Position numbers and translations under genes: made by a program | In this document: in pieces, positions 32,015 through 40,986 of the stretch | Layout: each line of letters opens with the position of its first letter | How positions within the stretch are numbered: the first letter of the stretch is position 1 | Notes under the pieces: generated by a model | The model's database searches: none | Told to the model about the DNA's origin: nothing | What the model saw: only the letters and a program-made list of their open reading frames with translations | DNA from: Candidatus Latescibacterota bacterium | Lineage (GTDB): Bacteria > Latescibacterota > UBA2968 > UBA8231 | Length of the DNA: 64,000 nt | Assembly: GCA_965217585.1 (NCBI GenBank) | Contig: OZ244561.1 | Coordinates: 2,016,001 to 2,080,000 of the forward strand | Direction of reading: 5' to 3'

Positions 32015-34258
32015 ATGGCAATTATTAGGTATTGGCTGGGGGCTCTATTGGTGGCCATGCCCCTAGCGGCTCAGACTTCGGAGTTTACCCTAAGCGGTTT
32101 TGTGACCGACGGCGACAACGGCGAATCCCTGCCCCTGGCCTCCATTGTCCTGACGCAGGCACAGTTGGGCGCGGCGAGCAATAGCAGCGGCTACTACGCC
32201 GTCAAAGAGGTACCAGCGGGGACGTACGAGGTGGTGATTTCGTATATAGGCTACAAAAGCTGGCGCGACACCCTAGCGTTTAGCGACCGAGACGTGCGCT
32301 TGGATGTGGCCTTGCAAGTCGAGTCGGTGAGATTAGAGGAAGTCGTGATCCAAGCCGAGCGCAGCGAAGAGCTGGAGCAGGCCACCCAAAGCAGTTTTAT
32401 CGCCCTGCAGGTCGAGCCGTTGCAGCAAATGCCGGCCATTGGCGAAGCCGACCTGCTCCGCAGCTTGCAACTGCTGCCGGGCATCCAGTCGGCTTCAGAT
32501 ATTAGCAGCGGCCTATACGTGCGCGGCGGCGGCCCCGATCAGACAGCCATTCTCCTCGACCACATTCCCCTGTACAATCCCTCGCACCTCTTCGGCTTCT
32601 TCTCGACCTTCAACGCCGACGCCATCAAGGACGTCCAGCTATACAAAGGGGCCTACCCGGCTGCGTACGGTCGCACGCTCGGGGCGGTGCTCGACGTGAG
32701 CAACCGCGAGGGCAACCGACAACGCTTCAGCAGCCGGGGCGGCATCAGCCTAATCGCGAGCCGCTTGCTAGCCGAAGGGCCGGTGGGGCAAGGCTCGTGG
32801 ATGCTAGCCGGCCGCCGCACCTACCTAGAACCCGTGCTCAGCGCCATCCGCTCCCGTGGGGTAGACATCCCCTTGAACTATTACTTCTACGACTTCAACG
32901 GCAAAGTCAACCAGCGATGGGGCGACGACACCTTTACGGTGAGCACGTACTGGGGCCAGGACGATCTGCGGGTGGACATAGAAGATGAGAATGAGTCCTT
33001 CGTCGATCTGCGCTGGGGCAACCGCGCGCTGACCGCGCGCTGGACGCGGGTGTTCTCGCCGACCCTGTTTGGGCACTTCATGGCCGCCGGCTCGTCGTAC
33101 GAAAACACCCTCTTGTTTAGTTTCTTCGCCACGCCGTTCGGCGTTGCCAACAGCATCCGCGATTGGTCGCTCAAAGGCGACGTGGATTACTTTGCCAACC
33201 GCAACCACACCCTCACCCTCGGCTTCCTAGCCACCCTGTTTGAGTTCGACTATTCCGAGTCCTTCAACCAGCAGGACCAGTCCGACTTGTACCAGAGGTC
33301 GGTGCTAGCCTCGACCTACGTGCAGGACGAATGGCAGGCCGGGCCGACCACGCGGCTGCGACTTGGGGGACGGGGCACCTATTTCAGCGTCGGGGATCGC
33401 CTGCACTTCACGCCGCGGCTGTCCCTGAGCCACGCCCTCAGCGACAAAATCCGCATCAAGGCCGCCGCGGGGATGTACCGCCAGTACCTGCAATTGATCA
33501 CCACCGAAGCCTTCAGCGGCGGCGATTTCTGGGTGCCGCTCGACAGCAGCGTCGAGCCGGGCCGCTCGTACCAAGGAGTCGTGGGCACCGAGTGGAACCC
33601 GTCGCGGCGCTACCAACTCTCAGTGGAGGCCTACTACACCGATTTGGCCAATCTGGTGGTGCTGGACAACGCGGTGGCTGTCGATAGCGAGGACACGCGC
33701 TCAGACGACATATTCAAAAGCGGGGGCAGCGGCTGGGCCAGCGGGGTCGAGGTCTTTTTGCAGCGGCGCACTGGGGCACTCACCGGCTGGGTGGGCTATA
33801 CCTTGGGCTGGACGCGGCGCACCTTCCCCGAACTGAACGGCGGGCTCACCTTTCCCCCCAAGTACGACCGCCGCCACGACCTGTCTTTCGTGGTCTCGTA
33901 CCAAGCGGGGAAATGGCGCTTAGGCTCCAATCTCGTGTACGCCACCGGACAGGCCTTCACCCCGGCCTCGGCCCGCTATTCGCTGCGCGAGCCGACCACT
34001 GGATTGGTGAAAGATTACGTGCTACCAGCCCCTCGCAATAGCGCCCGCCTGCTGCCCTACCACCGGCTCGATGCAAGCGCCAGTCGCGAGTTTGGGCTGT
34101 GGGGCCTCGACGTCGAGTTCTACTTGCAAATTTTCAATCTCTATAGCCGGCGCAACGAGTGGTTCGTGCAGTTCGACACGAAGAAACCCGAGACCGAGCC
34201 GGAGGTGTTCAAACAGTTGCCCATCGTACCCACGCTGGGCTTCAATTTTTCGTTTTGA
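32015..34258 (+). CDS. TonB-dependent receptor, copy 2 (paralog of 29525..31717)
   Basis: Same motifs and long stretches of near-identity with copy 1. Confidence 0.9.
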   Translation: MAIIRYWLGALLVAMPLAAQTSEFTLSGFVTDGDNGESLPLASIVLTQAQLGAASNSSGYYAVKEVPAGTYEVVISYIGYKSWRDTLAFSDRDVRLDVALQVESVRLEEVVIQAERSEELEQATQSSFIALQVEPLQQMPAIGEADLLRSLQLLPGIQSASDISSGLYVRGGGPDQTAILLDHIPLYNPSHLFGFFSTFNADAIKDVQLYKGAYPAAYGRTLGAVLDVSNREGNRQRFSSRGGISLIASRLLAEGPVGQGSWMLAGRRTYLEPVLSAIRSRGVDIPLNYYFYDFNGKVNQRWGDDTFTVSTYWGQDDLRVDIEDENESFVDLRWGNRALTARWTRVFSPTLFGHFMAAGSSYENTLLFSFFATPFGVANSIRDWSLKGDVDYFANRNHTLTLGFLATLFEFDYSESFNQQDQSDLYQRSVLASTYVQDEWQAGPTTRLRLGGRGTYFSVGDRLHFTPRLSLSHALSDKIRIKAAAGMYRQYLQLITTEAFSGGDFWVPLDSSVEPGRSYQGVVGTEWNPSRRYQLSVEAYYTDLANLVVLDNAVAVDSEDTRSDDIFKSGGSGWASGVEVFLQRRTGALTGWVGYTLGWTRRTFPELNGGLTFPPKYDRRHDLSFVVSYQAGKWRLGSNLVYATGQAFTPASARYSLREPTTGLVKDYVLPAPRNSARLLPYHRLDASASREFGLWGLDVEFYLQIFNLYSRRNEWFVQFDTKKPETEPEVFKQLPIVPTLGFNFSF

Positions 34259-34268
34259 GGAGGAAGTC

Positions 34269-35270
34269 GTGCGCTATGTTCTCATTGTTCTGTACCTGAC
34301 GGCCTGTGCGGCCGAGCGCCAGCCGTGGGAATTCTTCGGCTCGGTGGAAGAAGAGAGCGAGTTGGTGGTGGACGGGGTGCTGCTAGTTGACCAGACCCTG
34401 CCCGATCTGTTCGTGCGGCGCACCCTGCCCTTGGCCGCGGCCGTGCGCCTAGATTCGAGCTATGTTTTTGATCCGGCCGACATTGATTCTACCGGGCGCT
34501 TGGTGCGCCCATCCCACAGCACCTACAGCCGGGAAGCGGCGGGGGTACCCGACGCCCGGGTGCACATCGTCGAGGGGGATCAAGTCTTTGAGTACGCACC
34601 CGACCCGGTTACACCCGGCCGCTATTTGCCACCACCAGACCCCCCCCAAGTGGAAGCCCTGACCGAGTACCGACTGGAAGTGGACGTAGAGGGAAAGAAA
34701 GTGCGGGCGAGCACTACCACGCCAGATCGAATGCGGGTGCGACAGGCGGTGCTGTTGGACGAAGATACCCAAGAGATCATGCGGACTCTCAAGTCATTTG
34801 CCGAGGTTGGGGACGAGGTGTACACGGCACCGGAGAATCAGATTACTCATCTGGAGGGTCTGATCGAACTCCGCTTGGAAAAGGCGGGGGAAGCGTACCA
34901 AGCGGCACTCTTCGCTTTGGATGAGGACGCGCAATTGCTCGACGAGGATTTCCCGGAGCTGTTCGACGAGGAAATGGATGCATTGCGGGCCAACCAATCG
35001 CCGCCCTTCGCCGCCAGCGATGGAATCGTGCGCTGGCCGTGGTTCGCGGTGGTTTTTACCGGGCGTTCGCTAATAAAGGTGTACGCGCTCGACCACAACT
35101 GGTTCGAGTACGCCCGCTCCAGCCCCGACCTGCAGGAGCAGGGCGGCTTTGCAGGAGGGCTGGCTGGCGAAAATTTCGAGCTGCCGTTCTTTCAGGTAGA
35201 GGGCGGCATCGGGCTGTTTGGCTCGGCATCGGTGGATTCGGTGGGGTTTGTCGTCCTGCCGCGACCGTGA
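34269..35270 (+). CDS. DUF4249-like lipoprotein partner of the TonB receptor
   Basis: GAGGAGG SD plus GTG; lipobox LTAC; LVVDGVL; C-terminal VEGGIGLFGS. Confidence 0.75.
   Translation: MRYVLIVLYLTACAAERQPWEFFGSVEEESELVVDGVLLVDQTLPDLFVRRTLPLAAAVRLDSSYVFDPADIDSTGRLVRPSHSTYSREAAGVPDARVHIVEGDQVFEYAPDPVTPGRYLPPPDPPQVEALTEYRLEVDVEGKKVRASTTTPDRMRVRQAVLLDEDTQEIMRTLKSFAEVGDEVYTAPENQITHLEGLIELRLEKAGEAYQAALFALDEDAQLLDEDFPELFDEEMDALRANQSPPFAASDGIVRWPWFAVVFTGRSLIKVYALDHNWFEYARSSPDLQEQGGFAGGLAGENFELPFFQVEGGIGLFGSASVDSVGFVVLPRP
35192..35270 (+). repeat. 79-bp direct repeat, copy 1 (3' end of the DUF4249-like gene)
   Basis: Matches 36826-36904 at 71 of 79 nt. Confidence 0.92.
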
Positions 35271-35325
35271 CGGGTCGAATCATCTAATCACTGACACGAT
35301 CACGCTCAGCGTCCGCCTCTCGCCT

Positions 35326-36216
35326 TCACATTACTGAATATGTTAGCAAAAGTCTATCCTCCACGACCTCCGACTCGAGTGTCTGGCCAGACATCTGAAA
35401 GCGTCGGAGCATAGAGCGGCCGCAGTTGACAAAGGCCTCCTGTTCAAAGAGACCTTCAGGTATAGGTAATGCACATTCTTGTGCTCCGGTCTTCTTCGAT
35501 CCATCAATAGAGAGAGCAACATAGACTGATCTGTGTTTGCATCTCTCGATAGCTCTTAGGAGACGCTCAAGGGTGAATGTCTGAGCACCGTAGAGGATAG
35601 CTTGGGTATGTCGGTATGGAGGATCGCAGTAGACTAGGTCTCCTGGTCTTGCTTGCTCCATAGCTTCTTCAAAGTCTAAATTAAGAAACTGGGTATTTCG
35701 AACTCTAGGTCTCCAGAGATCGACCCTAGCCGAAAAGGAATCGGGAGTGATGGGAGTGTGAACACCGCAGGGAGTGCTCATGTAGCCGTTTGTTGTGAAG
35801 CGGACGACACCACCGTAGCACGCGCGGCTGAGGAAAACAAGGTCCGCTGCATTCGGACTCCTGTTGTACGACGCTTTGATAGCCTCGTAGCCCTCAACCT
35901 TTTTATCTCCGGCACAGCGATCCCATCGCGTCTTGTACCACTGCTTGAGACGCTCAGGGTTACTCCTGAGCGTCTCAAAGATCCCGATCAAAGGGGCAAG
36001 AGCGTCGGAGGCTACTGCATCCTCTGGAGCCAGCGTCGCAAGGACGCTACCCGTACCGAGAAATGGCTCGAAATAGGTGCCGAACTGATTCGGAAAATAC
36101 CCGATTATCTCATGCGCGAACCGTTGCTTGTTTCCGACCCACTTCAGGAGTTGCGTCTTGAACGGGTACGAGCGGCTCACTTGACCGACTGCTTTGTGGA
36201 ATAGCCCCAACTGCAT
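35326..36216 (-). CDS. Dam-family (D12 class) N6-adenine DNA methyltransferase
   Basis: LKWVGNK, YFEPFLGTGSV, VYCDPPY motifs; lower GC than the flanks. Confidence 0.9.
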   Translation of the reverse strand: MQLGLFHKAVGQVSRSYPFKTQLLKWVGNKQRFAHEIIGYFPNQFGTYFEPFLGTGSVLATLAPEDAVASDALAPLIGIFETLRSNPERLKQWYKTRWDRCAGDKKVEGYEAIKASYNRSPNAADLVFLSRACYGGVVRFTTNGYMSTPCGVHTPITPDSFSARVDLWRPRVRNTQFLNLDFEEAMEQARPGDLVYCDPPYRHTQAILYGAQTFTLERLLRAIERCKHRSVYVALSIDGSKKTGAQECALPIPEGLFEQEAFVNCGRSMLRRFQMSGQTLESEVVEDRLLLTYSVM

Positions 36217-36244
36217 CTACTGCCGTCTTCCGAAAGGTAAAGAG

Positions 36245-36772
36245 ATGGACGATAAATATATCCTATTTTGGAAGGGTCCCATGAGGGCGCACAACTTCTT
36301 GACGTGTATCGTGAACATGCTCGTCGAAGATGGGATCAAAGGCCTGCCTTGCGACTACGATCCTAGACGACTCACGACACTGACACAAGGAGAAAAGCCC
36401 GCCCGCACTCTGTCCCGCCGCCTCGACGGCTGCTTCCCTGGGACAGTTAATCCGATCGCCGCATCGGAGATCAAGGAATACTACTACACAACCACGTTCG
36501 GCAGCCGAGTCGCAGACGGAGTCTATGAAACCCTGCTTGACGGATACGAGATTGCGGAGGCCCGTGAGAGTTTGGGGGTTGACGTTCAGCATCTTTTGAT
36601 AGTGGACGCCTACGGTACATGGTGGGAACAGGGGAGGTCATACCTTTGCAGGATCATCGACATGCTTCACATGGGCTATGTTGATGAAGTACTTTTCGGC
36701 TATGAGACAGTTGAGCGCCTGCCGGAGATCGTAGAAAGCTGGGTTGCCAAGTACAAATCACGTACCAAGTAG
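36245..36772 (+). pseudogene. Type II restriction endonuclease-like (PD-(D/E)XK) gene, apparently internally deleted
   Basis: RRLDGCFP...EIKEYYYTTTFGSRVADGVYET; divergent from the MTase; N-terminus (MDDKYILFW|KGPM) looks shorter than relatives as I recall them. Confidence 0.6.
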
Positions 36773-36825
36773 CCAGCAGCTCTCCGATACTCAGGGTAAT
36801 CGACCCTGTTCATATCCGCGCAACA

Positions 36826-36904
36826 TCAGGTGGAAGGGGGCATCGGGCTGTTCGGCTCGGCGTCGGTGGATTCGGTGGGGTTTGTCGTCCTGCCTCGACC
36901 GTAG
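36826..36904 (+). repeat. 79-bp direct repeat, copy 2 (orphan DUF4249 3' end)
   Basis: Encodes the same QVEGGIGLFGSASVDSVGFVVLPRP* with synonymous changes only. Confidence 0.92.
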
Positions 36905-36940
36905 AGCGCGGCGACTTCACTGCTAACAAGGACCAAGCGC

Positions 36941-37732
36941 ATGTGGACAGAAGCGCAACAACAGGCATTTGCAGAGCGGGGGTACTTCATTGCCAGCGAC
37001 GCCGTCAGCCCGGATATGGTGGAGGAACTGCGCCAAGCGGCCCGGCGCGTAAAGGCCCGCATACGCGCCGGCGAATTGGACTTGTACACCGACTATCGGG
37101 GCGAGGGCCAGCCGTATCACGTCTCCGGCCTAATCGCGCCGCAATACGGCGAACCGATCTTCGCCCATTACTTAGCCTCAGAGCCTTTGCTCGCCTACGT
37201 CCAAGCGCAGATCGGCCGCGAGTTGCGCTTCGGTTCCCTCTCCATGTTTACCAACCCACACAACCAAGTGTTCAATGTGCCTTGGCACCGCGACGACGGC
37301 CTCGTATTCGACAAGGACGAAGCCACCGAACTCGCTTATTTGCAGGAGCCGCGCACGGAGTGCCGCTGGGAGCTAGCCCTCGCAGACGACTCGGCGCTTG
37401 GCGTAATTCCGGGCAGTCAGAAGCGCTACCGCACCCAGCGGGAATGGGAGACCATGAGCAACAGCCGGGCCGAGGACTTGCCCGGGGCCGAGACAATCCA
37501 CTTGCAGGCCGGAGAAACCATCTTCTGGAACGGCAACATCATTCACCGGGCCTGCCACCAGCCCGATCGCGAGCGGCTGACCTTGGTCGCGGCCTATAAG
37601 GCATACCGCACGGACGAGCCTCCGCAGGATGTGGGGCGCTTCCGGTTTCTGCTCGACGACGCAGTCCGCGCCGGCTTGCCCGCAGGCTTGCACGTCTATT
37701 ACGACCGCTGGAAATCCCTCCAACGCGCCTGA
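36941..37732 (+). CDS. PhyH-family dioxygenase
   Basis: FAERGYF, WHRD, GETIFWNGNIIHRA motifs. Confidence 0.85.
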   Translation: MWTEAQQQAFAERGYFIASDAVSPDMVEELRQAARRVKARIRAGELDLYTDYRGEGQPYHVSGLIAPQYGEPIFAHYLASEPLLAYVQAQIGRELRFGSLSMFTNPHNQVFNVPWHRDDGLVFDKDEATELAYLQEPRTECRWELALADDSALGVIPGSQKRYRTQREWETMSNSRAEDLPGAETIHLQAGETIFWNGNIIHRACHQPDRERLTLVAAYKAYRTDEPPQDVGRFRFLLDDAVRAGLPAGLHVYYDRWKSLQRA

Positions 37733-37794
37733 GCAAGCAGCCTAATTCATCCCTCCCCCCTGCGATTTCCTTCCCGCTAGGTCCCGATCCTTTT

Positions 37795-40143
37795 TTAACG
37801 ATTTTCAGCCGCTTGTTTAAGTGCTCGGCTGCGCTCGTAGAATTCGGCTAAATCCATTTCCTTGAGGAACACGAGGCCCCGCGTGGCGCGGATCAGGGGG
37901 CTGGGGTGTTCGTGGAACCACCTGTGGCCGAGGCAAGTTTTGATCTTCTGGTACTGATCGACTTGTACCTGCTGCGCCAATTCGGAGAAGGGGCCGTCGT
38001 GCTCGTAACTGGGGAATGAAGCATCGCGCTGGGAGATAAAGGTATTCATAAAAGCGCTGTGCATGACCGAGAACATATTGAGCGAAACCGGCACGAAGAT
38101 ATTGGCCTCGCTGGGGTCAAAGCGGTACCACACATTGCGGTAGCCCCAGACCTTGATCTCGGAGCGTCCGCTTTGTCGCTCGTAGCGGCGGAGTGCCTCG
38201 GTAATCACCTGTAGCACCTTGTAGTGGGTGTCCGGCCCGCTGGCCTCTGGGTCTAGGGCTACGCCGACCACGTCAGGGGCTACTTGATCGAGGAGCGCGA
38301 GTACGGGCGGCACATCGTCTTCGAGCGTCGGCTCTTGGGTGAAGATGTCACCGGTATAAAAACCGAGGCTCAGGTGTTTGACGCTGGCGCAATCCCAGCC
38401 AAAATACCCCCACAGACACTCGGCCTCCCACGCGCGACATTTGCTTTTGAGCATCTGTACCTCCGGCGCGTCCTTCTGGCCCGGATAGCGGCTGGCGAAG
38501 TAGGCCTCCAGCTCCGTCAACCGGGCCTCAATGCCCGCGAGGTCCTCAACGTCGTACAGCTCGACGAGGTTCCGTAAAAAGCGCCGCGCCGCCCCTTCGT
38601 CGCACAACAGCGGGTCCGCGGCGGCGACCCCGTCGAGGTACTGCCAAACATCGCGGTTGCGACCGTTTTCGTAGCTGGGGTCAAAGTAGTCCTGCGCCCA
38701 AAGCGCCGAGCACTCGGCGCTGGGCAAAAAGCGCCGCAGCCGTTGCAAGTGGGCCTCGATAAAACGATTGGTCACCGCAGTGAAGCCGCCGGTAAAGCAG
38801 GCGAAATAATGCACGTTGGTGGCGTCGCGCACGTGGCGGACGATATAGGACAGGTAGCCCAGCATTAGGTCGTCGTGGTGCGGCTCCGTGTGCAGGAAGC
38901 GCGTCCCGGAAAGGGTCTGGGATCCCCGCTCGATTTTGCTTATTAGGCGGTCGCGCACCCGCTGCGTCAGTGCGGCGGTCCCCTCTGGGCGCTGGCGCAA
39001 CAGCACGGCACCCAAGGCGTCTCGGGCAAAGTCGCCCTCGGTTAGGTCGATGACCTTCTTGCCCAAGCCGCAGGCTAGGTCGATGACGATCTTTTCCACC
39101 ATCTCGTCGTCCATGGCTGCCCGCTGCTCCACGAGCACGAGCCGCCTAGCCCTGAGCGCCTTGGCCGCCCCCTGGGTGATGTAGAACCGCGCCATGGGCA
39201 GGCGGTGCAACGCCGTGGCCGGATAGCGCACGTCTGGCGCTTGCTCGATCGCGGCGGCGACAATGCCAGCCTTGGCCTCGCCCGCGGCGATGATCAGGGC
39301 ACAGCAGTCGGGATTGTCAATGATCGTGCCCAAGCCAATGGTGATGACCAGCCGCTTGCGCGCCACCTCAATGCCGCCCAAATCGCCAGCGGCCGCGGCC
39401 TGCGTTTCGTAGTTGATCCCCGTCAGCCTCGTCGTCGAAAAGTGGTCCGAGCCGCGCACGTTAAAACCGATGTGCCCGTCCGGGCCAATGCCCCCTAAGA
39501 AAAAGCCAATGCCTCCGAGGGCGCGGATTTGCTCCTCGTACTCTTGGCACCACTGGTCAATCCTTTGCAGCACGTCTTGCTGCACTCGCTCAAGCGAGGT
39601 GCGGGCGGCCCGGTAGCGCAGCGAGAGATCCACGGTGCCGTCTGGCCACACCTCGTTTAAGGTTTGGCCGGCTTGCAGGCCGATCTCAGCGCAGTTGATC
39701 CGCAGGGCCTTGGCCGGATCCAAGCCAAAACCATCGATGTAGAAGCGGTTTACATACGCGTAGAAACTGTTGTCCTGCCGAGGATCAATCGGGTAGAATT
39801 CGTCGATTTGCACAAAGTGCAGACTGCGCAGATCCGGCTTGCGTCCTGGGTCAATGCCGGCCTCTTCGAGTTCGGCGCGGATATCTGCCTCATCCCAATG
39901 CCGCAGCAGCCGCTCGACCCAGCGGATAAAGTGCTCGGGAGTCTTGCCCGTCGGCAGCGAGACCACGCCGCCGGGATGGTCCTGGACCCATTCGACAAAG
40001 CGCATCGCCGCCAGCTTGCCCAGCGCCGGGAAGTGCTCGACCACAATGGTCTTGATGTGCTCGGTCGGAGGATATTGTGCCGCAAAAGGCGAGCTTGCTA
40101 CAGCCCTGCGCTCGACCGCGGTCAGCTCTCCAGTATCGACCAT
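37795..40143 (-). CDS. Long glucosamine-6-phosphate deaminase (NagB domain) fused to a PIG-L/deacetylase-like domain
   Basis: LPTGKTP, QIDEFY, GGIGPDGHIGFN; C-terminal HTEPHHDD, GPDTH, SFPSYEHDGPF. Confidence 0.8.
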   Translation of the reverse strand: MVDTGELTAVERRAVASSPFAAQYPPTEHIKTIVVEHFPALGKLAAMRFVEWVQDHPGGVVSLPTGKTPEHFIRWVERLLRHWDEADIRAELEEAGIDPGRKPDLRSLHFVQIDEFYPIDPRQDNSFYAYVNRFYIDGFGLDPAKALRINCAEIGLQAGQTLNEVWPDGTVDLSLRYRAARTSLERVQQDVLQRIDQWCQEYEEQIRALGGIGFFLGGIGPDGHIGFNVRGSDHFSTTRLTGINYETQAAAAGDLGGIEVARKRLVITIGLGTIIDNPDCCALIIAAGEAKAGIVAAAIEQAPDVRYPATALHRLPMARFYITQGAAKALRARRLVLVEQRAAMDDEMVEKIVIDLACGLGKKVIDLTEGDFARDALGAVLLRQRPEGTAALTQRVRDRLISKIERGSQTLSGTRFLHTEPHHDDLMLGYLSYIVRHVRDATNVHYFACFTGGFTAVTNRFIEAHLQRLRRFLPSAECSALWAQDYFDPSYENGRNRDVWQYLDGVAAADPLLCDEGAARRFLRNLVELYDVEDLAGIEARLTELEAYFASRYPGQKDAPEVQMLKSKCRAWEAECLWGYFGWDCASVKHLSLGFYTGDIFTQEPTLEDDVPPVLALLDQVAPDVVGVALDPEASGPDTHYKVLQVITEALRRYERQSGRSEIKVWGYRNVWYRFDPSEANIFVPVSLNMFSVMHSAFMNTFISQRDASFPSYEHDGPFSELAQQVQVDQYQKIKTCLGHRWFHEHPSPLIRATRGLVFLKEMDLAEFYERSRALKQAAENR

Positions 40144-40146
40144 CGC

Positions 40147-40902
40147 TTAGCTCCTCTCGCGGGTCGCAGTCAGGTGCGAGGCCGCTGCTTGATCGAGCAG
40201 GAATGTACAGCCGAGATGGTTCTGCAACAGACTGGCCGGGCAATCTAGCGTGCAAGGCCCCTCCACGGCCCGCGCCACGGCTGCGGCCTTTTGAACACCC
40301 GTGGCCAAAAGCGCAATGCTCCGCCCTTCGAGAATAGTCGCCAAACCCACCGTCAGGGCTAGCTGAGGCACGTGCGATGGATCGGCAAAGTGGCGGCTAT
40401 TGGCCGCGACGGTCTCTGGATTGGGCACTACCACCCGCGAGCGGCTCGCTGGATCGCTGCCGGGTTCGTTAAAGGCGATATGGCCGTTGCCGCCGATGCC
40501 TAAAAGCCACAGGTCAACCCCGCCCAAGGCGCGGATCTTGGCCTCAAAGGCCAAGCACTCCTGCTCGGGGTCTGACGCCGTGCCGTCGAAGAGGAACGTG
40601 TTATAGGGACGGACATCGACGTGATCGAATAAGTGCTGCTGCATAAAGAAGCGATAGCTCTGTTCGTGGTCGCCAGATAGGCCGAGGTACTCGTCTAGGT
40701 TGAAGGTACGCGCCTGGGCAAAGCTAAGCCCCTCTTCGCGGTGCATCCGCACCAATTCGCTATAGGTCGGCACGGGCGTCGAACCAGTCGCCAAGCCCAG
40801 CACGGCATTGGGACAGCGGCGCAGCCACGCGGCGCACAGACCAGCGGCAGCAGCAGCCACCGCCGTCTCGTCGGCGAGGACGCGTACCTCAATCCCACTC
40901 AT
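40147..40902 (-). CDS. nagB: Glucosamine-6-phosphate deaminase
   Basis: LGLATGSTP, TFNLDEY, LGIGGNGHIAFNEPG, PASLLQNH. Confidence 0.9.
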   Translation of the reverse strand: MSGIEVRVLADETAVAAAAAGLCAAWLRRCPNAVLGLATGSTPVPTYSELVRMHREEGLSFAQARTFNLDEYLGLSGDHEQSYRFFMQQHLFDHVDVRPYNTFLFDGTASDPEQECLAFEAKIRALGGVDLWLLGIGGNGHIAFNEPGSDPASRSRVVVPNPETVAANSRHFADPSHVPQLALTVGLATILEGRSIALLATGVQKAAAVARAVEGPCTLDCPASLLQNHLGCTFLLDQAAASHLTATRERS

Positions 40903-40986
40903 GGCGTACCTAACCTGTGAAAAGTGAACAAGTGTACGGAACAAATTAGAAAGGGGAGGGATTGCGGTAAAGAATGCTAGGCGACC

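Noticed and set aside
1-37732. Possible Fe/2OG halogenases among the PhyH genes
   Set aside because: All retain HxD (HKD, HQD, HQD, HRD, HYD, HAD, HRD) rather than the HxG/HxA of halogenases.
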